Source of the DNA: Callorhinchus milii
Lineage: Eukaryota
Reading direction: 5' to 3'
DNA: 64,000 nucleotides
Assembly (NCBI RefSeq): GCF_018977255.1
Contig: NW_024704743.1
Span: forward strand, 15,874,001 to 15,938,000
How positions within the stretch are numbered: position 1 is the first letter of the stretch; each line of letters opens with the position of its first letter. This document shows, piece by piece, positions 53,665 to 64,000 of the stretch. The notes under the pieces were generated by a model, which worked only from the letters and a program-made list of their open reading frames with translations, did no database searches and was not told the DNA's origin. Made by a program: the position numbers and the translations under genes.

Positions 53665-54065
53665 CTGTCTCGGTTGGTAGGGAGGACTCTCGCCTCGAGG
53701 TCAGAAGCTTGTAAATTGTAGCTCACAGTCCAAGCTGAGAGTCCATTGCAATGCTGAGGGTCTGCTGCATTATTGGAGGTACAGTCCTTCTTACGAAACA
53801 AACTAATGTCCTGTGTGCCGGTTCAGGTCGATGCTACTTGTCCCAAAACATTAACAAAAAGAGAAGAGAGTTTCTTCCGGTGTCCTGGCCACCAGTCTCC
53901 CAGATAAAATTGGTTATTCACTTCACGGCTGTTTGTGGTACATTACTGTGCACAAATTGGCTACCGCCTTTGCCCACAAAATACACACTTCACTTTACAG
54001 TAAATCCTTTGAGACGTTCCCCTGATGTGAAAGGCAATACATCAAATATAAAGATTTATTAGGAT
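53665..54065 (+). mobile_element. Older Deu-type SINE, near full length
   Basis: Degraded tRNA-like head, Deu core ctgtgcacaaattggct and L2-like tail. Confidence 0.75.
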
Positions 54066-55598
54066 TATTTAGTAGTGCAATTCCATATTGCTTGTAACTA
54101 AACAACAGTGTACATGTATGTGGTGAATTTCATACTGGGAGGATATCCAAGAGCACCTCACACAGCTGACTGGGAGGGTGGGGGAGGGAGTCCAAGCTGG
54201 TGAGGAGCTGAGGAAAGGGAAAGGTGGTCAAAACGCACTCAAAGCTCTAGAAAGGTTTGATGGTGGGGACAGGAGTCAGAGAACATCTGGGGTGGAGCTC
54301 CAAAGAGTGGGGACAATATGGCTGAAAAACCCACCCATTGATGGTGGGCAGGTTGGACAGGGGTCAATGTGTTTGTTGAATAGAGATTTTCTTTTTCTGA
54401 TGTTATTCAGAGGATCCTAGCCTAAATCAATCTGCATTAAAAAGATCATTTTCAGTTTTCGACTGTGTTCCCATTTATCTGGAATCCAATACAAGATTTG
54501 ACAACACACTTCAACAGCAATCTTTAAAAAATATTGACTCTTATATCATCGATAATAAAATAGCATTTTCTTCAATCTCTGAAAGTAGTGGGCACCATCA
54601 TTCACCATGGCTCACCAACATACACTGAATATAGGATTGTACCTGTCATCAACAGCAAAATGTGATTACAGTGAATACCTCATAAAGTGCAATATACCTT
54701 CAAGAATGACATCATTTCCTCACAGGAAACCTTCAGCGCTCCCAAAAATGTTAAAGAGAGCGATGTACAATGTTAAAAAATAAACAAAACGACACAGATT
54801 GCAGCAAATGAGAGGTACCAGAAGGGTGAATGGATGTAACCTAATTGTGGGACACACATGACATTGATAAACTGTGCTGCATTTTGATTGTTTATGGAAT
54901 CAGCTAAACCTCATGTTTGGGTTACAGGCTTGGAACTCGCTCCAATGCACCCGCGTACTGTGGTCTATTCTATTCTATTTGTTAAGCAGTTCAAAATAAT
55001 AGAGTTTACCATCTTACAGACAATTTTACCTAACGGACTGATGTAATACTTACTGTAATCATTCCCAAATCAAAAGAAATTACGCTTAGATTTCAAATTG
55101 TGCAACCCCAACTGAAAAATGTGAGTGAGAGTACACAGTGTACAGTCTCTCAGTTTTCCATGGGACGTGTGTTTTTAGAAAGGTTACCAGATGTATGCAA
55201 GAACAGATTGAATTATCTGGTTGCAACAGCTGAATATTCTTTTATGAATGAATCAAGTGTTCAAATGTGTATTCGGGAATTTCAGGGGACTCTGCGTGGG
55301 TTAGAAATAACATAAACAAACAGATGTCAGTAATTAAGCAAAGGCCATGCCTGACATTAATGCAGAATCACTACAGAGCTATTTGTGCGCCTGCCATACC
55401 CACAGGAATTCCTAGCACTCAAAGATAAAGCATACTCCCTACTGTGGTATCTTTCCACATCTGCATTTAAACTGTTTAAAATATACTAGAAGCAAAAATG
55501 CGAACTGCATCATTAACATTCTGAACATTTTTTTAATATACAGATTTTACATGTATATTAGAGATTAAATAATTTTCAGAGCTGGCAGGTTTCCAAAG

Positions 55599-55911
55599 TA
55601 ATAATAATAATAATAATCCTTGCATTTGGTATAGAGCTTTTCACGTCGGGAGGACGTCCCAAAGCGCTTCACAGAACACACTGTAAAGTGAATTGACTGT
55701 ATATTTGTGGGCGAACGCGGCAGCCAATTGCGCACAGCAATGTCCCACAAACAGTCGTATATTGAAAATGACCAATTTATTATTGTTTTTTGTTTTGGAG
55801 GGATTATTATTAGGCGTGTGGAGTAAGGAAACTTGCCCAAGGTTTCGCCCTGCCTGGGATTGAACTCAGGTCTCTCGCTTGCAAAGCGAGTGCTCTAACC
55901 ACTGAGCTACA
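55599..55911 (-). mobile_element. Young full-length SINE, short subfamily
   Basis: Near-identical reverse complement of 60102-60420. Confidence 0.92.
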
Positions 55912-56115
55912 AGCACTTTATACATTTTACTTTTGATGGGGATTAATATTGATTTGCCAATCATGTCACTTTATTTTCATAAATAATGATCTGCTAATAT
56001 GCTAAAATATTTAATTTTGCCATTGAAACTGAGCATAGACAACTGACACAACTGTTTTTGTACTTTAAATACCCACCCTTTCTACAAAACAAACAACTCC
56101 ACTCAGCAAAATATT

Positions 56116-56248
56116 CTGACGAAGGGTCGTGGACTCGAAACGTTGACTCACTTTCCTTCCTCCATAGATGCTGCCTGACCTGCTGAGTGTTCCCAGCAAC
56201 TTCTGGTTTTGTTTCAGATTTCCAGCATCTACAGTATTTTGCGTTTTG
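56116..56248 (+). mobile_element. Short Penelope-like terminal-repeat-derived insert with minimal hammerhead motif
   Basis: CTGACGA-A-GGGTC-gtg-GACTC-GAAA-CGTT core, flanked by the direct repeat aaaatattctg (56108-56118 and 56249-56259). Confidence 0.7.
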
Positions 56249-57438
56249 AAAATATTCTGGGTATTTGGAGATGGACAAATTATCAATGAAGGAGCATTGG
56301 GTACTGCAATGGGTTAATGGGAAACCTAACCTTGGATCTCACAGAATTGCAAAGTCTTCAGAGTGAAGAAACTGTCCAGCATGGTATCAAATCACACCAT
56401 AAGGTTCAAGCACCGTGTCCTTTTTAGGCTGGCAGATACAGGTCCCAGAGTCCTCTGTGTTTTTCCATCAGATTACACAACTCTTAAGCCTCTGAGTTTT
56501 GTTTCAATATCATGCCTCCAAATCCAAGCCGTTCGATCTCTGCAATGACTGAAGTGTGTTTGAATTCATTAGGTTTGTGGTTGAAAGTCTCAACCAGATT
56601 GAAGATTTCCTGGCAATCTGTACCATAGAAGAGCTCTGCTTGATTTGCCAAACACTGTGCCTCATGCGTGCCCAGAAATTGAGTGTCTATCCCTGCAGTA
56701 AGAAGAACAATGTCCTTTTCCTTTTGAAGCTCAGGGTAAAATACAATGGCTGTACGTCAGGTAGCTTTTGCTCTTTGCTCCATTAAAAGTCCAAAATTAG
56801 AAGTTAAAATTGAGCATCCATTTCATGGTTGTTGTGAGACACTGTGTACAAATTGTTTGCTGTGTTGACATACAAGTACAATCACTACACTATACAGAAG
56901 ATCCTGTGAAGTGCTTTGAGACGTTTCAATGACATGACAAGGAGCAATATCAAATGCAAGGATCATCATACTGCATTGTCACGAGTCTCAATGCTGATGT
57001 CAATTTTAAAAATGATCTTTCACAACAGTGGAAAGAGTCCTGTCTATGATTTGACCATCATTCGTACTTCAGTACAACTAATGGAAAAAGCATTGTATGT
57101 TAAAGAGTATGCATTATAAAATATTCTGGGTGACCTGGGGTTCACAATAACAATATTACAAAACAAAAGACATAATATCATTCAACTGAGGTTTAAAAGA
57201 TACATGAAGCTCTTTCCTGTCAAGATGCTTATTTGACACTTGATAATATGCAAGTTTTATCCAGATAAGCAAAACATGCTTTGGAATCTGAATTGGGTTC
57301 AGGAAAAATAGCCTCTAGCTCCAGGTGAATTACAAGCCTGTCTGGCATGAATATTCCTAATGCAGTGCTATAAGGCAACCTATATAATTAAAACTACTGA
57401 CATTATCCTGATGGCAGTCCCCAATAAAATAAATAATC

Positions 57439-57681
57439 TAATGATCCTTGCATTTCATATAGCTTTGGACTTCTCAAAGGGCTTCACAGAATATACTGTA
57501 AGTGAATTGACTGTATATTTTGTGGCCGGAATTCAGGAGCCAATTGCGCACAGCAGTGTCCCACAAACAGTCGTGGATTTGCGTGACCAATTTATTATTA
57601 TTATTTTTTTTGGAAGCAATTATTACCCCTGGAAAACCAATCCACCAATCGACTGACAACCAGGTTCCTACTCACTGCTGG
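57439..57681 (-). mobile_element. 5'-truncated SINE, long subfamily
   Basis: Reverse-complement match to roughly 190-440. Confidence 0.85.
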
Positions 57682-58104
57682 TAACAACAATAACAACAAC
57701 CACAACTTGGATTTATGTAGCACTCTCCATGTCAGGCAGTATCCCAGAATGCTTAATGGTAATGGTAACCGCAGAAGAAATAGCAGCTGTAATTGCTCTC
57801 CACCACTTCACAGATAAAGGGAGAAGCAGGATTTGAATTTGAGGAGTGGGGTGTTTGTTTCTGAAGTTGCTATAAACTTTCAAAGGGAGTGCTACCATTA
57901 TTGAACAATGGGTGAGACTTTTGCTTCAGATCACAAAACACAAGTTGGGATTCAGAAGAGCATTCCCAATGTTTATGTGTACCAAAGCAGATAAATAAAG
58001 TAGGTGCCTTCAACTGCAGTGTTGCATTTTACAGCTCCAAGAGTTGAAGAAGACCACCCATCTGCCTTATTAAACACACACTGAAATAAACTACAGTATA
58101 ATAG

Positions 58105-58356
58105 TAATAATAATCCATGCATTTGACATACTGCCTTATCATGTCATTGAGACTTCTCAAAGCGCTTCACAGAATATATTGCAAAGTGTATTGATTGACT
58201 GGGTATTTTGTGGGTGAAACCCGCCAACCAATTGGATACAGCAGTGTCCCACAAACAATCATGGATTGAGTGGACAATATTTTTTTGAGGGATTATTACC
58301 ACCGGAAAGCGAGCCGCCGATCGACTAACAACTTCTTACTGCCCGGTAACCAGAGG
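58105..58356 (-). mobile_element. 5'-truncated SINE, long subfamily
   Basis: Reverse-complement match to roughly 175-440. Confidence 0.85.
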
Positions 58357-58789
58357 TTAAAAGTTAGAACTCTGTTATAAGGAGATAGTTAAGGGGTGGA
58401 GGAAGTTCCGTAACACAATATACATCAATATGACTTGTGTTGTCACTGTACATTTGAAATGATTCCATTACCAACAAAAGTGACCTAGGGCCAAATGAAG
58501 GAGAGTGTCTTCTTTCCTCCATTCCCACATGTTTTTTGGCAAATAAAGAACCACACTGCAGCTGTGACCACGATGGATGAAAATATTAATTCTCTCAGCC
58601 ATAGAGCACAGCAAGAGTCCATTCTAATCATCCACAGAATTACAAGTAAACATGCAGCCAGGAAACAAAACAACAACAACAACACAATTACATTTATAGA
58701 GCACCTTTCACATCGGGAGGACGTCCCAAAACTGATGATCATGAGATAAATGTCTTGATGGGAGATTCTCCCTATGATTGTAGTGAGAT

Positions 58790-59180
58790 CACAAGATTAG
58801 TCTGGTGAAGAAAACCCTCCAACTCGTTCAATCTCATCCTTCCAGAACGCCCATTCTACCGTCCTCCCATCACATCAAGCTGCTTTTTAATTTTCAGTGT
58901 CCTGGCCTCTGCCACCTTTCATAGAATCATAGAATTATACGGCACAGAAGGCGGCCATTCGGCCCATCGTGTCTTGTGCCATGTCTTTCCTGGCAACCTG
59001 TTCCAGTCTTTGCTTATCCTCCACATGAAGAAAAACTTCCTGGTATCTGTCCTGAAATTGCCCTTTACAACTCAAAACCTATGTCCTCTTGTTTCACTGT
59101 CTTGATACATCTTAAAGTATTGATCTGGATTTATTTTTTCGACACTATTTAAAATGTTATACATCTTTATGAGGTTTCCT
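58790..59180 (-). mobile_element. CR1 3' fragment (second subfamily) with a nested CR1 tail at about 58919-58985
   Basis: Reverse-complement similarity to 25260-25700, interrupted by catagaatcatagaattatac...ggccattcggcccatc. Confidence 0.75.
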
Positions 59181-59182
59181 CT

Positions 59183-59480
59183 CCCGGGTTCGATTCCCGA
59201 GTAAAGGCAAGTTTCTTTACTCCACACGTCTCGGTTTATCTAGCAGTAAATAGGAGCCCAGTTGTTAGTCAATTGACAGATCGCTTTCCAGGGGGTAATA
59301 ATCCCTTCAAAAACAAAAATTTGGTAACTCAATCCACAACTGCTTGTAGGACACTGCTGTGCGCAATTAGTTGCCACAAAATATAGTCAATTCACTTTAC
59401 AGTATATTCGGTGAAGAGCTTTGAGATGTCTCAAAGATGTGATAAGGCGCCATATCAAATGCAAGAATTATTATTATTAT
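59183..59480 (+). mobile_element. SINE, long subfamily, starting at the B box
   Basis: Matches roughly 120-447. Confidence 0.87.
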
Positions 59481-60101
59481 AATTCCCTTTATCTGTAAGA
59501 GGGGTAAATTCCTAGAAGTAAAGGTGAATGCTGTATGTCAACTAGAAAATGTTTAATTGTGTATGTGTACATCATATCCAGCAGCAGGGATTATTATTGA
59601 AGAGTATGAGAAAAAGAGTCAAAAGGACAGTGAGGCACTGTCCATGAGAGGGAAAAGGGTTGGCGGCCTTGGGAAAAACAGAAAAAGTGTTACTATGATG
59701 ACAGTATAATTCCTGATGAAATAATTTTTGGTTAGTACTATGGCTGTATTTCCCATGATAGCTTGCCAGGCAGTGCTCTCAATGGCACGCCATGCAGTTT
59801 TAGCCAGTTAAACTCCAGCAGTACCCAATACGCACTCTGAGATCATCAGCAGGACTTGGATAGGCAAAGTGTTCACTAGGTGCAGGGATTCTTCCCATAA
59901 AACCCTGCAAGTCAAAGTCTTAGCAGAGTCTCCCTACTCCCTCTCCCCTTGGTTCGTTGTCAGACTCCGCCACTGTGAAGCGCTCTGGCACGTATGAAGG
60001 CTGCTATATAAATGCAAGTTGTTGTTGTTAACAGGTAAGAGTGTTCCTGGCTAAACAGGCAGCAGGAAGTTGCCGAACAGTGCTTTCAACAACAATAACT
60101 T

Positions 60102-60420
60102 GGAGTCCTGTAGCTCAGTGGTTAGAGCACTCGCTTTGCAAGCGAGAGACCTGAGTTCAATTCCAGGCAGGGCGGCGAAACCTTGGGCAAGTTTCCTTAC
60201 TCCACACGCCTAATAATAATCCCTCCAAAAAACAAAACAATAATAAATTGGCCATTTTCAATCTACGACTGTTTGTGGGACATTGCTGTGCGCAATTGGC
60301 TGCCGTGTTCGCCCACAAATATACAGTCAATTCACTTTACAGTGTGTTCTGTGAAGCGCTTTGGGATGTCCTCCCGACGTGAAAAGCGCTATATCAAATG
60401 CAAGGATTATTATTATTATT
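60102..60420 (+). mobile_element. Young full-length SINE, short subfamily, inserted into an L2 tail
   Basis: A box tagctcagtgg, TGC anticodon arm, B box gagttcaattcc, Deu core and (ATT)n end. Confidence 0.92.
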
Positions 60421-60462
60421 AATGTAGTGCCCTTCACACTGGGTAGCATCTCAGAGCACTTA

Positions 60463-60685
60463 AAATGGCAAGCTATGTGATTTTAGCTGGTTAAACAATA
60501 ATAGTACCCTAATGCACACTCTGGGGTCCCCAAACCTTTTGTCTTGCCAATCTGCTCCTATTAATCTCTTGAATTGGGTAAACAATTAGCATCCATCTGG
60601 GAAAAGAGTTCACATTCCATTCTAGACACAGTGAAATTTCCATGTGGAGGTGGTACACACAGATGAAACTTTCAGTGTGGGTTGG
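60463..60685 (+). repeat. Family X diverged copy (further fragments at about 59760-59845 and 59870-59925)
   Basis: aatggcaagctatgtg, gcacactctggggtcccc and atttccatgtg align to the reverse complement of 46330-46708. Confidence 0.75.
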
Positions 60686-62059
60686 ATAGTTAACCAAAAT
60701 AATATTTCCCATGATGAACTGATGTCCGCATTGATAGCCAAATGGGGCTGCGTCCCAATTAGAACGGATGTCAGGCTCTCTCCATTATATATTTTTAAAA
60801 AGTGTGTCTTCAGAGGCCCAACACGGTGTATAAGCCTTAATTGTCACAAAACTGAAGCTGTTGCAATTTAATGCTTGATGGACCACTGATGGCATTTAAC
60901 AGTGCAAAAAAAATAATAACATGCATACAGTGCCCATGGTGTTGCCGCTTGAAAATGATATTCTTACACTAGCTAATGCAGTGTAATTAAACTTTTCAAG
61001 CAAAGGTAAATATTGTGACACCAGCGTGTTGTCCGCACAGCCAATATAATGTTGGGCATAAAAATGAAAAGATAATTTCTGAAGAAATTTGACTGCATTC
61101 AGGAGCAGAATCTCATCTGTCACTCACTTGCCAAGAGAGTCTTGTTAATTCAGAAATGTTCAAGGATCCGTTCGCTTGTGAAGTGGGTCAGTGTTCCACC
61201 CGTGGCCGTATTTTATCCTCTGGCTCTTTTCAAGTAAACAAATTTCTCTTCCCACTTAATTATTCCTTTTTTTAAAAAAAATTCTTTCTCACTTCCCTTT
61301 CTCTTTGCGCTCCTCATTTTAAGTCTCCTCTTTGTCCACCCCTTGTTCTCTCTCCTTCATTAGTTTAATTTTCCTTTGCGTTTGCTTTCTCTCCCTGCCC
61401 CTGTCAGAGTTAATCAATTTGTCTGGAGGCACTTGGCTCCTAAAAATAGAAGCATATTAGCCAAGTTTTAAAAAAATTTGGAACCCAGCCACAAGTTAAT
61501 GAAAGTCAGGTGGCAACGGTGACTAAGTGGAACATTTTGTAGTGCCAAATAAGCCACTTACGAACACCGGCAACCAAAAGAATGAAACGTTTTAAAATGG
61601 CTTTTTTCCTCTTTTGTCCTCCCACCCAGTTTTCTCCAGTCTCTACGCTAACCATTTTTTTCTAATCTACAGACATCATTCTACCTCCTGTCGTACATAC
61701 CCCTTTCCTTCTCTTAACTTGCCAAGACTCCTATCACTGTTCACCTTCCCAACTTTCTTCCTTTATGGATCAACATGCTGCAGATGGTAGGTAGATTGCA
61801 TCTTCAATCTACTCATCCAACACATGCCGAAACAGTAAACTGAAACTTTCCAGGTATATAATGCTGGCACCACATCCAACTACCAAGGTATAACATTTCA
61901 TTCAAAAGGAACATGTTACTTCCAGAACTTATGAGACAGAATAAGAGAGAAGATTGAGTAGCCTAGGTCTTCTCTTGAACAGAAAAGATGAGGGGAACTT
62001 GAGAGAGCAATTTAAAATTATGAAGGGTTTGGAAAATTTGGATATGGATACCTGTTTCT

Positions 62060-63330
62060 TAGAATCATAGAATTATACAGTACAGAAGGAGGCCATTCTG
62101 GCCATTGTTGCTGTGCCGGCTCTTTGAAAAGAGCTATCCAAATCAATCCCAGCCTCCTGTGCTCTCCCCATAGCTCTGCAAACTTGTCCTCCCCAAATAA
62201 TTATCTACTTCTCTCTTAAAAGTTGTTATTGAATCGGCTTCCACCACCCTTTCAGACAATGCATTCCAGATGCGAACAATTTGCTGTGTGAAAAAATTTC
62301 TCCTCACCTCCCCTCTGTTTCTTTTAACAACTATTTTAAATCGGTGTCCTCGGGTTACCAATCCACCCGGTTTCTCCTTGTTCACTCTATCGAATCCCCT
62401 CATCATTTTGAAACTTCTATTAAGTCTCCTCTTAACCTTCTCTGCTCCAAGGAGAATAATCCCAGCTTCTCTAATATCTCCTGATGACTGAAGTCCCTCA
62501 TTCCTGGTACCATCCTGGAAAATCTCCTTTGCACCCTCTCCAATTCCTTGACATCCTTCCTAAAGTATGGGGGCCAGAAGTGAACACAGTACTCGAGCTG
62601 AGGTTTAACCAGTGTTTTATAAAGGTTCATCATAACTTCCTGACTTTTGTATTCTATGCCCCTATTTATAAAGCCGGTATCCGTATGCTTTTTTAACAGC
62701 TTTATCTACCTGTCCTGCCACCTTCAAAAATTTACTCATATGAACCCCCAGGTCTCTCTGTTCCTTCAACCCCTTTAAGATTCTACCATCAGCTTATATT
62801 GCCTCTCCTCATTCTTCCTCCCAAAATGAGTCACTCCGCATTTCTCCAAATTAAACTTCATCTGCCATGTGTTTGTCCATTTTACCAGTCTGTCTATGTC
62901 TGTTTGCAGTCTGCTACAACCTCTTCACAGTTTACTACTTTTCCTAGCTTAGCATCATCTGCAAACTTGGAAATTATACTCCCTATACCAAGTCCAGGTC
63001 ATTTATATAGATCAAAAACAGCAGTGGTCCCAATACCGAACCCTGGGGTACACCACTGCACACTTCCCTCCAGTCAGAAAAACAACCATTCACCACTACT
63101 CTCTGCTTTCTGTCCCCAAGTCAGTTCTGTATCTATGCTGCCACTGTCCCTTTAATACCATGGGCTTCTATTTTGCTTATATGTCTGTTATGTGGCACTT
63201 TATCAAACACCTTTTGAAAATCCATATAAACTACATCAACTGCATGCACTACCTTCATCCACCCACTGCATTACTTCATCAAAAAAACAGGTTTGTTTGA
63301 CAAAATTTGCCTTTAACAAACCCATATTTT
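62060..63330 (-). mobile_element. CR1 LINE 3' portion (RT motif region to tail)
   Basis: Minus strand [45 protein letters not shown] and FFTQQIVRIWNAL, with frameshifts; CR1 tail at 62060. Confidence 0.93.
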
Positions 63331-64000
63331 TCTAAGTGAAAATTTATTTTGTCCCAGAAAATTTCAGGAAATTCATTGATTCATTGAAATTTCAGCAGTC
63401 TACTCCTGTCTGATACTGTTACTATGTAAGTTGCTTTGCGGTTTAAATAAACGATCAATTCTGCGTACCAGCTGTGAAATTCAATTGCAAGTCTAACCAG
63501 TATCATGAAAATCTCCATTCTCTATTGCGAATGGGGTGGTGCTGGTGGGGAGGGGGAATCCATCTCCTGCACATTTGGATATATTAAAGATAATAATTAT
63601 CAAATTGTGAAATCGATCCCATTTGTCATGAGTAACTGTGAGTGCAAACCTTGTGACATCACTGCAGCCATAAGGATACAATGCTATGAATTAATTCACA
63701 GGCAGGGAAGATATGCCAAGTTAGAAGCACGCAAACATGAAATTTCATGGCCAAAGGCCAACTGTTTTGTTGAGCTAACATGGTATCCGCTACGCTCTGG
63801 AAGTGCAGGAGATTTGTCTTCAAAATGTCCTCTGGATTTTCCCTCCAGTGTGTTGTTTAGGTGAGAATGTAAAACTGAAAAGTGAGCTCTTAAAATATTC
63901 AGCCCATATGTTACAACAACAACAGCTTGCGCCTATCACTCAAAGTAGCTCCCCAGAGCGCTCAGCAGTGTCACAGGACTAGAGGGAGGGACAAGGTGAC

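Noticed and set aside
55565..55840. Recurrent [10 protein letters not shown]... ORFs (also 60183, 52096, 20460, 221)
   Set aside because: Translations of SINE copies, not a protein family.
60105..60175. tRNA-Ala gene (also 75-145 and 55845-55911)
   Set aside because: Runs directly into a SINE body and tail, has an imperfect T arm and acceptor stem, and has no oligo-T terminator. It is a SINE head.
63505..63864. 119-aa plus-strand ORF ending at ag|gtgaga
   Set aside because: No recognisable protein similarity and no partner exons; length is compatible with chance.
1..64000. CRISPR array, rRNA or prokaryotic operon
   Set aside because: No regular repeat-spacer structure, rRNA motifs or gene-dense long ORFs. 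The sequence is vertebrate intronic DNA.

Overview
Vertebrate nuclear DNA, most likely a holocephalan cartilaginous fish (Callorhinchus/chimaera-type, inferred from the repeat families), AT-rich and dominated by transposon remnants. The only host coding sequence I can support is three consecutive minus-strand exons (45869-45940, 44614-44711, 38560-38662; 72+98+103 nt, all GT-AG). They splice into one open frame recognisable as SUGCT (succinyl-CoA:glutarate CoA-transferase, CoA-transferase family III). I found no neighbouring SUGCT exons, so the rest of the window is taken as the two very long flanking introns. These hold tRNA-Ala-derived Deu-domain SINEs (two young subfamilies plus an older family), L2 and CR1 LINE fragments, MITE-like DNA elements and microsatellites. 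Most ORFs in the track are repeat-derived or chance. Highlights: (1) a TSD-flanked ~140 bp insert starting with a minimal hammerhead-ribozyme core; (2) a ~450 bp dispersed repeat family I cannot name, with about 8 copies, a fixed hairpin plus A-rich 3' end and an internal AG|GTAAGC; (3) a 273-nt frame-symmetric exon cluster with circRNA-prone architecture; (4) a CR1 copy with a 5' inversion; (5) several locally templated direct and inverted duplications, some landing in SINE tails. Family names come from recalled motifs, not database searches, and repeat boundaries are approximate.
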